DNA of 55,643 bases from a virus (lineage: Duplodnaviria > Caudoviricetes), in IMG/VR virus record IMGVR_UViG_3300032331_001807, positions 1-55,643 of that record. The stretch is one strand, 5' to 3'. Below are positions 9,785 to 19,721 of this stretch, piece after piece. Made by a program: the position numbers and the translations under genes. Under the pieces are notes generated by a model, which saw only the letters and a list, made by a program, of their open reading frames with translations, was not told where the DNA came from and did no database searches. The first letter of the stretch is position 1, and each line of letters starts with the position of its first letter.

Positions 9785-10495
9785 TCACTTGAGGATGTCG
9801 TCCAGCATCCCGTCGAAGTCGGCGCTGGTGCTCGACGTGGTGCCGCTGTGGGCGACGGGGGACGCCCCACCCTTGCCCATCTTTTCGCGGATCTGGTCGA
9901 GGGTGAGGTCTTGGGCGAGGTCGCGGGGGAGCTCCTTGGCGACCGCCGTCGCCTCCGCGATGATCGAAGCCGCCCGAGCCGGGTCCTTCTCGACGATCTT
10001 GCGGAACAGGCTCTCACGGCACGGCGAGATGTCGATCTTCTGGAACTGCGTGTCCGTGCAAGCGAGGGTGAGGTCGTGCTCGCCCAGCGGGAACTCCTTG
10101 TGGCGGGCCTCGATGGCGCGGTACTTGTCCACCGACATCACCCACGAGTTGATCTCAAAATCGCCGTTGGCGAACCGGGCCTTGTCGAGGTTGCCCCGGC
10201 TGTCCGTGGGCCACTTGCAGATGATGGTGCCGACGTAGATCTTCGCGTTACCCCCCGCGAGGCGCTCGTACTCCGGGCTCTTGCTGATGAAGTAGCCGAC
10301 GCCTTGGATGTACAGGCGCTTCGCGCCGATGAAGCGCGGGGTCGTGGCGTTGAGGTCGGGCTTGCCCTCCTCCAGACCGGGCCACCAGACGAAGCTGACG
10401 CGGTACGTCTCGCCCTCCTTGGCCTTGAACCGCTTGCCCTTGACTCCGATGTTGGAGTCGTTGACGCCGAAACCGATATCCATGTAGCCACTCAT
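9785..10495 (-). CDS. single-stranded DNA-binding protein (gp32-like)
   Basis: Aromatic-rich core, Ser/Thr linker and acidic tail DFDGMLDDILK; context. Confidence 0.65.
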   Translation of the reverse strand: MSGYMDIGFGVNDSNIGVKGKRFKAKEGETYRVSFVWWPGLEEGKPDLNATTPRFIGAKRLYIQGVGYFISKSPEYERLAGGNAKIYVGTIICKWPTDSRGNLDKARFANGDFEINSWVMSVDKYRAIEARHKEFPLGEHDLTLACTDTQFQKIDISPCRESLFRKIVEKDPARAASIIAEATAVAKELPRDLAQDLTLDQIREKMGKGGASPVAHSGTTSSTSADFDGMLDDILK

Positions 10496-10589
10496 TGTCG
10501 TTTTCCTTCTTGCGAGCTTGGTCAGTTGGTTGGGGGACAGTGCTCGCAGGGGGTCTTACGCCCGTGGTGGGCACCCCAGCGATTTTTTT

Positions 10590-11381
10590 TCAGAGAGAGT
10601 TCAGAATGTCGTCGATGCTCTGGTCGGTGAAGACAGACTCGTCGGGGTGACGGACGACAGGGACATCGTCGGTCGGGTTGTCGGGCAGGGCGTCCAGTAC
10701 CACATCCGTCGGAGCGGAAGCGTCTCCTTGGAAGTCGGGGAGGGACGCGGGAGCCAAGGGCTCGACCGTGTCGGGGAGCTCCTCCGTCTCCTCCGTGGCT
10801 TCGGACTTCTTGACGAGCTCGCCCAAGAGCGCGTTCACCGAGTCGCCAGCGTGGTCGGGAGCGCGGCGGAACGTCGGGAGAGATCGCCCCCAGCGGCCAC
10901 CAAGAGAGATTTCCTCTTGGCAGACCTTGAGTTGGTCCTTGAGTCGCCCTTGGATGTCCTTGAGGTCAGCCCTCTTGGTGCGGACCACCGTGAGAACCGC
11001 CGCCAAGTCCTCGACACACGCCGTGAGACGGTCGATTTCTTCGGCCTCTGCCCGTAGGCGGTTGGCCGCGATGGCCTCGCGGTCGGTCACGTTGCGCCCC
11101 ATGCGGACCTCGGGGTCGTTGGTGAGGAGCTCACGCATCTGGAGCTTGAAGTCCGCCGACGCGCCCCGGAGCTCCCGCTTGTAGCGATGAAGCGTCTGGG
11201 ACACGTCAAGGAAGATTTTCTCGCACCGGGAGAGCATCCCCCGGCACAGGGCGATCTTCTCGTTCAGACGCTTGGGGCCGAGCTCCAAGGGGTCCGCGTC
11301 GAGCTCCACCTGCATCTCACCGAGGGAGGTGTACAGCCCCTCGATGTGCGAGGGGTCGAGGGCTGGGTCACTTGTTGCCAT
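10590..11381 (-). CDS. helical protein with acidic tail, possibly a UvsY-like recombination mediator
   Basis: Coiled-coil core and tail IDDILNSL; lies between SSB and helicase; function is inference. Confidence 0.45.
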   Translation of the reverse strand: MATSDPALDPSHIEGLYTSLGEMQVELDADPLELGPKRLNEKIALCRGMLSRCEKIFLDVSQTLHRYKRELRGASADFKLQMRELLTNDPEVRMGRNVTDREAIAANRLRAEAEEIDRLTACVEDLAAVLTVVRTKRADLKDIQGRLKDQLKVCQEEISLGGRWGRSLPTFRRAPDHAGDSVNALLGELVKKSEATEETEELPDTVEPLAPASLPDFQGDASAPTDVVLDALPDNPTDDVPVVRHPDESVFTDQSIDDILNSL

Positions 11382-11757
11382 CACCGAGAGCCTGCACCAG
11401 CATCTTGCTGTAGTTGGCGCGGATGGCCGCGATGGCACTGTCCGCGTAGGACTGCGAGACGTTCCCGCTCGCCGCCGCGTTACGGTACGCAGCGATGTCG
11501 GCCTCGCGGGCGAGGAGGATGCTGGCGACGATGCCCTCCTGCATGGTCATCCCCGTGGCGGACTGGGCCTCCTCGCCCTCGTCCATCGCGTTGACGAGCC
11601 CCTGCCCGCCATCCTCCTGCACGGAGTTCCACGCGGCAGAGAAGCCCACGAAGGTGTCGCCCGCCTTGCCCTTGATGGAACGGGTGGCGACCACCTTCGT
11701 GATCTTCAACCCCGCCTTGACCCTCTGCACCAATGCCCGAAGCTCGTCGTTGCTCAT
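11368..11757 (-). CDS. hypothetical protein
   Basis: 129-aa ORF in the operon, typical codon bias. Confidence 0.7.
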   Translation of the reverse strand: MSNDELRALVQRVKAGLKITKVVATRSIKGKAGDTFVGFSAAWNSVQEDGGQGLVNAMDEGEEAQSATGMTMQEGIVASILLAREADIAAYRNAAASGNVSQSYADSAIAAIRANYSKMLVQALGDGNK

Positions 11758-11779
11758 GTGTGTGTCCTCTCACGGACCC

Positions 11780-14098
11780 TTACGCTCGCAGACGGGCCGC
11801 GAACAACGTGTTCCGAGCATCTTCGCGGTTGTTGAGCACCGCACGCTCTATCGCACGGTAGGTGCCCACCAGCAGCACCTTCTTCTTGGCGCGGGTGATG
11901 GCCGTGTAGAAGAGGTTGCGCTGGAGTTGGTGAGAGAAGCTCTCCACCAAGGGCATCACCACCACGTCGTACTCAAGCCCTTGGCAGCGGTGGACCGTCA
12001 CGGCGTAGGCCAGACGGAGAAGTTTGCCAGCCTCGGAGAACGGGATGGAGACCATCACCACGGGCGGGCCGTGGATCTTGATCTGGATGATCTTGGCCTT
12101 CTTGTCGATCCGATTGACCTTGGCCACGTCGCCGTTGAACACTCCGAGCTTGTAGTCGTTCTTGCTGACGATCACCCGGTCGCCTTCACGGAGCACCTCA
12201 CCGTCCACGGTCATCTCGGGGAGCCCGTGCTGGGCGGGGTTGAGGATCGCCCGGAGACGAGTGTTGAGATTGGTGACACCGAGGGTGCCAGCGTGCCGGG
12301 GGGAGAGAACTTGGAAGTTTTCCCGCTGCGTGTACAGCTTCTCGGACAGCTTCAGCACGAGCTTCAGCACCTCCTCCTCGTCAGCCAGCGGGAACAGACG
12401 GAAGTCCGACTGAAGGGGGGCTTCGGGCACGCGCCCGTGGTAGATGTCGTGCGCCGCCGTCACGATGGGTGAGGTATCTGCTTGGCGGAAAATCTCCGTG
12501 AGGGCCACGGTCGGGAACCGCCCCGATGCGAGGAGGTCGCGGAGTACGTTGCCCGCGCCCACCGAGGGTAGCTGCGCGGCGTCTCCGACGAACACCAGTC
12601 GGCAGTCCGGGCTGGTACACGTCAGCACCCGGTAGAGAAGTGCTTGGTCCACCATGCTCGACTCGTCGATGACCACCACTTCGGCGGTGTGAGGGTACTT
12701 GGGTCCGAACCCCCACTCCTCGCCAGAGCCGTCCGACACGGGGGCGTCCCCACGCTCACCTACCACCCCCGCGTAGGTTGACTCACGCCCGTCCTCGACG
12801 GTGATGCCCCGGGCCTCAAACGCCCGGTGGATGGTGCTGGCAGTGACCCCGGTGACGGAGGCGACCCGCTTCGCCGCGATGCCCGTCGGAGCCACGACCA
12901 ACGGAACAATCCCCGCCTCGTGGAGCAGGGTGAGGGCCATGCGGAGGGAGGTCGTTTTGCCCGAGCCCGGGAGGCCCGTGATGATGGACACGGACTCGGT
13001 GAGGGCGTTGAGCACCGCCTCCGTCTGCATGGGGGAGAGGGCGATGCCGAGGTTCGATCCCACCTTGGAGAGGTACTGGACCCCGGCCTCGCGGAGAGTG
13101 ACCCCCGGCACCTCCTCGCCAAGGAGAGACTTCGCGTACTGGGCGGCACGGTCGGGAGGGATGGCAGCGGTGGTGACTCGCTCCAACAGGATGCGAGAGG
13201 ACTCGCACTCCGTCTCGTAGGCCCACGGGTCGTAGATGGCCGTGAGCCCCGGCTGCGTGCGGTCCACCACCACCCGGTCCTCCTCGATGAGAGCCTTGAG
13301 GCCCACGGCGATGTCCCGGTCGGTCATGAGCGGGTCGAGGGGACGCACCGCCCCGAGGAGTTCTCCCGACGACAGGTACAGGTGCCCCATCCCCTTGCTG
13401 GACTTGGCCGCATGGAGCACCGCCCCCTTCACCCGGTTGATGTTCGACGGGGAGCAGTCCAGCCCGAGGCGCTGGGCCACGGTGTCGCAGTCCGAGAACG
13501 TCACCCCGTCAATCTCCAGCAGCGACCACGGGTTGGTGGAGAGAACGTCGCGGGCTTCGTCCCCGAACTGACTCCAGACTTGGCGCACCTTCCCCTGCGG
13601 GAGCCCGAGGTCACCCAAGAAGTCCAGCGTGCGGAACAAAGCCGTGGCCGTGCGCCACTTGTGGACGACGAGCTCCGCGATGAACGTGGTCATCCCCGGG
13701 ACCGCCTTGATCTGCTCCGGGTCCAAGAGGGCGGCGGGCATGTCGCCCTTGAAAGCCTCACGGAGCTTGGCCGCGATGGAACTGCCGATGCCCTGCGACA
13801 CCAGAACCTTCTCGCACGTCACCTCGTCCCACCCGGACTTCAGCACCGGGGCACGGGTGATCTTGAGTTGCCGCCCGTACTTGGGGTGGTCGTCCCAGAC
13901 ACCCTCCCACCCGAACCACGTCCCGACGGCGATCTTCACGCCGGGGATGTCCCCCCGCACGGTGACGATGGACTCGTCCTGCACGGACTCGGCGTCGAGG
14001 GTCATGCGGAGGACGTAGAAGGCTTTGGCCTCGTTTGAGAAGTTGATCGTGTGGACGCGACCCGAAAAATAGGTCGCGGAAGGCTTGGTCGGAGGCAT
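11780..14098 (-). CDS. recD2: RecD2-like SF1B helicase
   Basis: N-terminal HPKYGRQ OB/HhH region, GLPGSGKTT, APTGIAA, TIHR, IDESSMVD, VGDAAQLPSV, YAVTVHRCQGLEY, YTAITRAK. Confidence 0.92.
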   Translation of the reverse strand: MPPTKPSATYFSGRVHTINFSNEAKAFYVLRMTLDAESVQDESIVTVRGDIPGVKIAVGTWFGWEGVWDDHPKYGRQLKITRAPVLKSGWDEVTCEKVLVSQGIGSSIAAKLREAFKGDMPAALLDPEQIKAVPGMTTFIAELVVHKWRTATALFRTLDFLGDLGLPQGKVRQVWSQFGDEARDVLSTNPWSLLEIDGVTFSDCDTVAQRLGLDCSPSNINRVKGAVLHAAKSSKGMGHLYLSSGELLGAVRPLDPLMTDRDIAVGLKALIEEDRVVVDRTQPGLTAIYDPWAYETECESSRILLERVTTAAIPPDRAAQYAKSLLGEEVPGVTLREAGVQYLSKVGSNLGIALSPMQTEAVLNALTESVSIITGLPGSGKTTSLRMALTLLHEAGIVPLVVAPTGIAAKRVASVTGVTASTIHRAFEARGITVEDGRESTYAGVVGERGDAPVSDGSGEEWGFGPKYPHTAEVVVIDESSMVDQALLYRVLTCTSPDCRLVFVGDAAQLPSVGAGNVLRDLLASGRFPTVALTEIFRQADTSPIVTAAHDIYHGRVPEAPLQSDFRLFPLADEEEVLKLVLKLSEKLYTQRENFQVLSPRHAGTLGVTNLNTRLRAILNPAQHGLPEMTVDGEVLREGDRVIVSKNDYKLGVFNGDVAKVNRIDKKAKIIQIKIHGPPVVMVSIPFSEAGKLLRLAYAVTVHRCQGLEYDVVVMPLVESFSHQLQRNLFYTAITRAKKKVLLVGTYRAIERAVLNNREDARNTLFAARLRA

Positions 14099-14189
14099 GA
14101 GTGATGTTACGCCCGGTTGGAGAGGCTATAACCGCGCCAGAGTGATGCCCGTCTGGTTGCGGGCGAACATCCACAGACGAGGTAGTTCA

Positions 14190-14957
14190 ATGTCGGATCT
14201 GAAGATCAAGCTCCTGCGTGTTGCCAACAGCCTCCCCAAGGGAGACCCCAAGCGTCGCGCCATCGCCCACCTGTTCCGCGAGGAGGAGGCCGAGACGGCC
14301 CTCCGCACCGCCGCGTCGAAGATGCCCACGGTGCTGGTGCAGGGCTACGATGGGTTCACGAACCAGATTCGTGACCTGTCGGCTGCGGAGACGCACCTCA
14401 AGACCATCCAAGCGGAGATCGACGCGGTGGCGGGCGACCTCCTCAAGCGTCTGAAGGAAGCCGACAAGACCTACAAGGACGCCGTCGAGGCGATCAAGGA
14501 CGCCTACAAGGAGAACTTGGAGGCGCAGGGCAACGTCATCATCGAGCGCAAGACCGCGCTCGTCGAGGCGCAGGCGAAGCTCAAGGTCGTGGCGGTCAAG
14601 GGCACCCTCAACTCCGTGCAGGAGCAGATGCTCGCGGCGGTGACCGAGAAGTACGGCAAGGAAGTGGCCGACTTCATCATGACCACCAACGAGTCGCTCC
14701 AAGAGCAGCACAAGTCGATGCGCGTGTCGCTCGACGGCTTCGTGCTGGAGGCCCGCGAGGCGTCCCCGAGCAAGACCGCTGCCCAGAAGCAGGCGTTCAG
14801 CATCGTGAGCGTCCTGTCGAAGTTCCGCGACTACATCAAGAACGGCTGGGACAAGATCATCCAGATCGCCAAGACGGCGACCGACGTGATCTTCGGCAGC
14901 GGCAAGAAGGTCGAGAAGGCCCACAACGAGTTCATGTCGGCGCTCAAGAGCGTCTGA
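14190..14957 (+). CDS. putative virion protein with a variant leader
   Basis: MSDLKIKLLRVANSLPKGDPKRRAIAHL...LRTA; lone + strand gene with RBS GAGG and its own terminator. Confidence 0.75.
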   Translation: MSDLKIKLLRVANSLPKGDPKRRAIAHLFREEEAETALRTAASKMPTVLVQGYDGFTNQIRDLSAAETHLKTIQAEIDAVAGDLLKRLKEADKTYKDAVEAIKDAYKENLEAQGNVIIERKTALVEAQAKLKVVAVKGTLNSVQEQMLAAVTEKYGKEVADFIMTTNESLQEQHKSMRVSLDGFVLEAREASPSKTAAQKQAFSIVSVLSKFRDYIKNGWDKIIQIAKTATDVIFGSGKKVEKAHNEFMSALKSV

Positions 14958-14980
14958 ACCCACCGGGTCGGAACGAAGAG

Positions 14981-15008
14981 GGCCGGGGCACCGCAAGGTG
15001 TCCCGGCC
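14981..15008. terminator. hairpin between convergent genes
   Basis: GGCCGGGGCACC-GCAA-GGTGTCCCGGCC stem-loop. Confidence 0.7.
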
Positions 15009-15031
15009 TTCGTCATTTCTGGATCAGAGGG

Positions 15032-16981
15032 TCAAATCTCACACACGCCACCGACGCAGGCGGCTTCACGGGCACCGTCGCCCTCGTCACGGGTCTCGTA
15101 GTGGGTGAGCAGGGTGAAGTCCACGGCGGGCATCGTCCGCTGCGACTCGCGGTACTCCTCCTCGGTGATCTCGACGTAGGGGGCGAGGCGGTACTTGGTC
15201 GGGTCGTAGGGGAGGAACGACAGGCCCGTCACCTCGTCAAAGTTCTTCCAGAGCCACTCGCCCACCTCCCGCCACTCCTCCTCGCGGACGTAGACGGTGG
15301 CGGACTGATTGTGGCCCTTGTCGCCACACCACGTCCGCATGATCTGGCGGTACCGCTCCAGTTGCTCCAGCGCCTTCTCGTGCTCGCGGAGCTTGGCACC
15401 GTCGGGGGACTTCACCGGGAAGCGGGCGACCCACACGTCCACGGCGTCGTCCTCCAAGTTCTCCTGCCCGTTCTCCTTGAACAGCGGCACGCCTTGGTCG
15501 CGGACGAGGTGGTACAGCGGGTCCTTCGACGAGATGCGAACGTGGCGGTGGTAGTACTTGGCGTACCGGGTGTGGAACCCCGAGGCGCAGTCCACGAACT
15601 GCGACGAGTTCCCCGAGGGCTTGCCGCAGGTGATCGCCGCAGGGCGGTTCTGCTTGAGGGCGTCCGCCGCGATGAGGGCCGTCGAACGGGCGATGGCGTT
15701 CAAGTACGTCATCGCGTCCTCGTCGCCCGAGAGCGCCGGGTTGTCGCACTGCCCGGTGATGTCCACGCCGAGAAGTCGGTCCTCGTCGCAGAGCTCCTTC
15801 CAAGCAGGACGGAGATACGGGAAGTGCGTGTAGCTGGACTGGATCACGCCGAGCCAAGCCGCCGTGCGGACCTTCTCGGACATCGTCTCCAGCGTGTCGT
15901 GCGGGCGCATCACGGCAGCGGTGAGGTTGCAGAACTGTCCGCCGCCCCCCTCGCCCGTCCACGGGTCGGTCGCCCGCTTGAAGCGCAGGAGGATCTCGCC
16001 GCAGGGGTTGCTACGGAACTCCCCGCCGCGCTTGGCCACGTTCTTCGGGCTGACGATGTAGAAGCCCCGCTCGCCCGAACCCGACTTGGCGAGGGAGTCC
16101 CACTCGCGCCAGAACACCTCCTCGGTGGGGCGGTCGAGGTACACGGCGCTGTTGTTCGCCATGTAACGGATGGACGGGAAGGTGCCCTTCGACCAATCCT
16201 TGGCGTCACGCATCTCGGCGTCGTCCACGTCGCTGAACGAAATGAGGGACGCGCGGCGGAAGCCACCCACCATCACGATCTCCGCGATCATGCACATGAT
16301 GTCGTGCGCCTCGACGGGCTTGAGGCGACGCCCCGCCGCCTTGGCGATGGTCTCCCCGGCGAAGTCCAGCACCCGCTTGAGGGGTTCCGGCCCGCTGGCC
16401 CGCCCGCCCTTGGTGTGGAGGCGTTCGCCCTTCGCCCGGATGAGTGAGTAGTTCCAGTTGACCCGGTGCCCGAGGTGGTACTGCACCATCCCGAAGTACA
16501 CGGCGTCCGCCCAGCCTTCGGTCGAGTCTTGGATGATGTAGTCGATGGTGTCGTTCGTGGGAGCAGCGATCACCGGGAGGTTGTCGGTGAACGTCCGCTC
16601 GACGGAGAAGCCAACGCCCGTCCCCTGCATGAGAATGTAGAGCGCCTCGCTGAACGCCCGGAGGTTGTCCACGGGCAGGAACGAGCAGTTGTACCCGCAC
16701 ACGTTGTCGCGGTCCATCGCAGGACCAGCGCACCACAGCGCCCGCATCGACCCCAGCACGTCGAAGTCGAGGATGGCCTTCTCGGTCTTCTCACGGAGCC
16801 CGTGCGGCACGGGCTTGTCCTTGAAGATGTAGCTGACGTAGCGGTGGACGGTCTCGGGCCACGTCTCGCGGCGCTTCTGGTCCTCCAGCCAGCGCGCGTA
16901 GGTGCGCGTGTACACGAATTCACTCAACAAATTGGGGAAAGGACTCCCATCGAGCATGAGTTGACTCCTCACTCGTTCCAA
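15032..16981 (-). CDS. nrdJ: class II (adenosylcobalamin-dependent) ribonucleotide reductase
   Basis: YTRTYAR, YNCSF, GTGVGF, NPCGEI, FCNLT, KPSGNSSQ, C-terminal CVGGVCEI; no small-subunit gene nearby; start may be 16958. Confidence 0.9.
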   Translation of the reverse strand: MERVRSQLMLDGSPFPNLLSEFVYTRTYARWLEDQKRRETWPETVHRYVSYIFKDKPVPHGLREKTEKAILDFDVLGSMRALWCAGPAMDRDNVCGYNCSFLPVDNLRAFSEALYILMQGTGVGFSVERTFTDNLPVIAAPTNDTIDYIIQDSTEGWADAVYFGMVQYHLGHRVNWNYSLIRAKGERLHTKGGRASGPEPLKRVLDFAGETIAKAAGRRLKPVEAHDIMCMIAEIVMVGGFRRASLISFSDVDDAEMRDAKDWSKGTFPSIRYMANNSAVYLDRPTEEVFWREWDSLAKSGSGERGFYIVSPKNVAKRGGEFRSNPCGEILLRFKRATDPWTGEGGGGQFCNLTAAVMRPHDTLETMSEKVRTAAWLGVIQSSYTHFPYLRPAWKELCDEDRLLGVDITGQCDNPALSGDEDAMTYLNAIARSTALIAADALKQNRPAAITCGKPSGNSSQFVDCASGFHTRYAKYYHRHVRISSKDPLYHLVRDQGVPLFKENGQENLEDDAVDVWVARFPVKSPDGAKLREHEKALEQLERYRQIMRTWCGDKGHNQSATVYVREEEWREVGEWLWKNFDEVTGLSFLPYDPTKYRLAPYVEITEEEYRESQRTMPAVDFTLLTHYETRDEGDGAREAACVGGVCEI

Positions 16982-17072
16982 GGCGTTGTAGGTTGGTGGA
17001 GGTGGCGACGCCTCGACCCGGACGCGCCCTCGGGGGGCACATCGGGAGAGGTATCAAAGGGCAAACGGGAGG

Positions 17073-18032
17073 TCAGAGGGCCATGCGGAGAAGGCCCGAT
17101 TCCAGAACGTCCCAAGGGCTGACGGCACCGTCGAACACGGCGGTCTGTGCCTTCGCGATGACGTTCACCAGCCCCCTGCACCCCTCGACCCCCCAAGCTC
17201 TGGCGCAGGGGAGCACCTTGTGCTCCCAGTACCACGGATTCGACCCTACCCGTCCAGCGGCGGTCGCCACGGACATACCCTTGGCGTGCAGGTAGGATGC
17301 TTGGAGCCAGCGGAAGGCCGTGGGGGTGAGCGTCCGTCCGCAGAGCTCAATCGTCGGGTCGCCCTTCTTGGAGTTCTTGTACCGGGCGAGCTCGTCGGAG
17401 ATGAGCTTCGCGTTGCGTGTCCCGAGGGCGTCTGCCACCGAGCCTCCATCGAGCTCCGTGAGCGGGGCGAGCGTGCCCTTGAGGTGGGAGGGCTCCAGCA
17501 GCGTCACGCCGAGGGTCGTGGCGTACCGAACCACTTTGTCCACTTCGTAGGAGACCACCCCGAGGTCGTTGCCCACGAGCTTCACGAGCGCCCTCGCCAG
17601 ACCGTCGGGGAGGTCCACGCCACGGGACTTGGAGAGCTCACGGGCGTACTCGGCGGCGTACTCGTCCAGCTTGTAGAACGGGGGGAGGGTGAAGGTCTTG
17701 GTCTGCGCGGCGGGGAACCCGTCGAGGATGCCCCCCGAAGGCTTGTCGGCCTCGCTCACCAGCAGCAGGGTGAGCAACGGGTTGGGGTCACGGAGGTGGT
17801 CGGCCACGTCCCCCGGGACCAACTTCTCCGGGTGGGTCACGATGGCGAGGGTGGGCTTGGAGGACAGCACCCCCACGAAGCCCATGAGAGACTGCAACCC
17901 GCCCCGGTCGGTGCCGTCCAACGGAACCGTGTCGTACCCCTCTCGGACGAACTTGGCGACGGTCTCGCGGACGAACGTCCTGCGACGGTGAGCGTCGGAC
18001 CCGCCCACCAAGAGTGCCGCAGGGACCTTCAC
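17073..18032 (-). CDS. DNA polymerase III delta (HolA)-like clamp-loader subunit
   Basis: GTG coupled to the upstream stop; LVKLVGNDLGVVSYEVDKV pattern; about 320 aa. Confidence 0.7.
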   Translation of the reverse strand: MKVPAALLVGGSDAHRRRTFVRETVAKFVREGYDTVPLDGTDRGGLQSLMGFVGVLSSKPTLAIVTHPEKLVPGDVADHLRDPNPLLTLLLVSEADKPSGGILDGFPAAQTKTFTLPPFYKLDEYAAEYARELSKSRGVDLPDGLARALVKLVGNDLGVVSYEVDKVVRYATTLGVTLLEPSHLKGTLAPLTELDGGSVADALGTRNAKLISDELARYKNSKKGDPTIELCGRTLTPTAFRWLQASYLHAKGMSVATAAGRVGSNPWYWEHKVLPCARAWGVEGCRGLVNVIAKAQTAVFDGAVSPWDVLESGLLRMAL

Positions 18033-18667
18033 GATGCGGCCCGGTGGTCGGCTACGAGGAAGGCCGCGACCATGCGGGCGGGCGTCAAGGGAGACCCGCT
18101 GAACAGCGGTCGGAGGCTCTCCCACAGGGACGTGTGCTTCACGTCGGGGTCGGGCCGGGACAGCTTGGGTGCGAGGGCGTCCACGACGGCGCGGAGCAGG
18201 AGGTCGGAGCTCTCGGCCTCCTTCAGCATCTCGACCACCGTCACCCAGTCCCCCTCGTGGTACGCCGCGAGGAGGGACTCGGCCACGGTGTCGTAGCCCT
18301 CCGTGCGGGCATCCACCCCCGGACAGAACTGGAGGATGCACCGGGAGCGGAGGGTGAGGGACACCCCGCCGAGGTCCCATGCCCAGAGGAACGGGCGCGT
18401 GCCCTCCGGGTCGAACTCCTCGATGGTCTTGAGGAGCACGTCGCTGGTGGCAGGGTTCACCTCGTCCACGGGACCGACGAGCACCGAGGAACGGCCCCCT
18501 CCGACAGCCCGCTGGGACAGCAAGGCCACCAACTCCCGCGCCCCCTCCTTCTTGAGCGAGGAGCCCGTGAAGGGGAGCAGTCGCCCGAAGGCGAGGGCCG
18601 CAGCGTGACCCACGGACTCCGCACCGGGTCCGTGGTAGAGGATGCAGGACGTGGGCGTGTAGGTCAC
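18029..18667 (-). CDS. DNA polymerase III delta' (HolB)-like clamp-loader subunit
   Basis: ILYHGPG, LLKTIEE, TLRSRC (SRC motif); degenerate Walker A. Confidence 0.7.
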   Translation of the reverse strand: MTYTPTSCILYHGPGAESVGHAAALAFGRLLPFTGSSLKKEGARELVALLSQRAVGGGRSSVLVGPVDEVNPATSDVLLKTIEEFDPEGTRPFLWAWDLGGVSLTLRSRCILQFCPGVDARTEGYDTVAESLLAAYHEGDWVTVVEMLKEAESSDLLLRAVVDALAPKLSRPDPDVKHTSLWESLRPLFSGSPLTPARMVAAFLVADHRAAS

Positions 18668-18705
18668 CGGGTCACCGTACAGGGGGCTGGAGGGACACCC
18701 CTCCG

Positions 18706-19164
18706 TTACGCCCCCAGTGCGACCCCGTCATCGCCCAAGGCAACGCTGTAGGAGGAGACCACCATCGGTCGGGTGTACTCGTCGTAACGGACGATCTCAC
18801 AGACGCTCGCCCGGGACACCCCGAGGTGGTCGATGATGTACTGGAGGGCGGCTTTCCCGTCGAAGTCCTTGCAGGAGAACACGTCCAACTGGAAGAACCG
18901 TCGGAGCGTCCATGTGTGGATCGAGACGTGAGAGGTCGAGATGACCACCATCCCGGTGGTGCCCCCTTCGTCTTGAAACCGTCCCCCGGCTTGAACCGCT
19001 GCCAGCTTGGCAGGGTCGAGCTCCACGTCCTTGAACACGGGTCCGTGGATGATCTCCATGTCCAGCCTCTCACAGAGACCGACAAAGAACTCTCGGAGGT
19101 GCTCGTGGGTGAACACCGAGGGGTCACGAACCGAAGCGTCAAGGGTGATGTGCCTACCAGCCAT
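18706..19164 (-). CDS. speD: S-adenosylmethionine decarboxylase proenzyme
   Basis: GRHITLD, ISTSHVSIHTW autocleavage motif, LDVFSCK. Confidence 0.88.
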   Translation of the reverse strand: MAGRHITLDASVRDPSVFTHEHLREFFVGLCERLDMEIIHGPVFKDVELDPAKLAAVQAGGRFQDEGGTTGMVVISTSHVSIHTWTLRRFFQLDVFSCKDFDGKAALQYIIDHLGVSRASVCEIVRYDEYTRPMVVSSYSVALGDDGVALGA

Positions 19165-19181
19165 TCCAGTGGTCCTCCCGG

Positions 19182-19505
19182 CTACGAGCCGAAGTCAACC
19201 CACGAGGACCAGACTGATCCTGTGAGGGTGCGTCGCAGATACGCCTCCACGAGGTTCCTCGCGAGGGGGTTCCTCCACCCGAACTGATAGGGAGGGGTCA
19301 CCACCACCAACTCCGCGAGGGATGGGACCACAGCCCCCTCCCAGAAGTCCCCCGGCCAGACGTACCCGTAAGGCTGGAGGTTCACCTCCCGCGAGGGATG
19401 AGCTCTGGAACCCAGAGGGAACGTGGCCAACAGGTCACCCCTCAACAGGCCCCAGCAGTTATCCACCAGCCCTCGGAAGGACAGCAGGGTGTCAGTATCA
19501 CTCAC
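19182..19505 (-). CDS. hypothetical protein
   Basis: 107-aa ORF preceded by a class-3 motif (19519-19534). Confidence 0.5.
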   Translation of the reverse strand: MSDTDTLLSFRGLVDNCWGLLRGDLLATFPLGSRAHPSREVNLQPYGYVWPGDFWEGAVVPSLAELVVVTPPYQFGWRNPLARNLVEAYLRRTLTGSVWSSWVDFGS

Positions 19506-19685
19506 GCTACAAGGCAGTCCATAGGACCGTTAGGTACACGTCCCCCTACCTCCCCCTCCTCGGAAGGGTCGGATCGAAGGTCTAGGTCTGTCCCGAGCCG
19601 TCGTAGCTGTTCGTCGGTGTGTGTCTACTACTACTTGAACTGGATGTACTGGAACGACTGGTTGTGGAAGTAGTGGTACGAGGAG

Positions 19686-19721
19686 TGAGTGAGGGAGGAT
19701 TGAGTGAGGGAGGATTGAGTG
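19686..19721. repeat. tandem 15-bp repeat TGAGTGAGGGAGGAT x2.4 in a non-coding stretch
   Basis: Read directly. Confidence 0.85.

Noticed and set aside
15032-16981. Intein or intron in the RNR (also checked RecA and RecD2)
   Set aside because: Lengths are normal and no intein or homing-endonuclease motifs are visible
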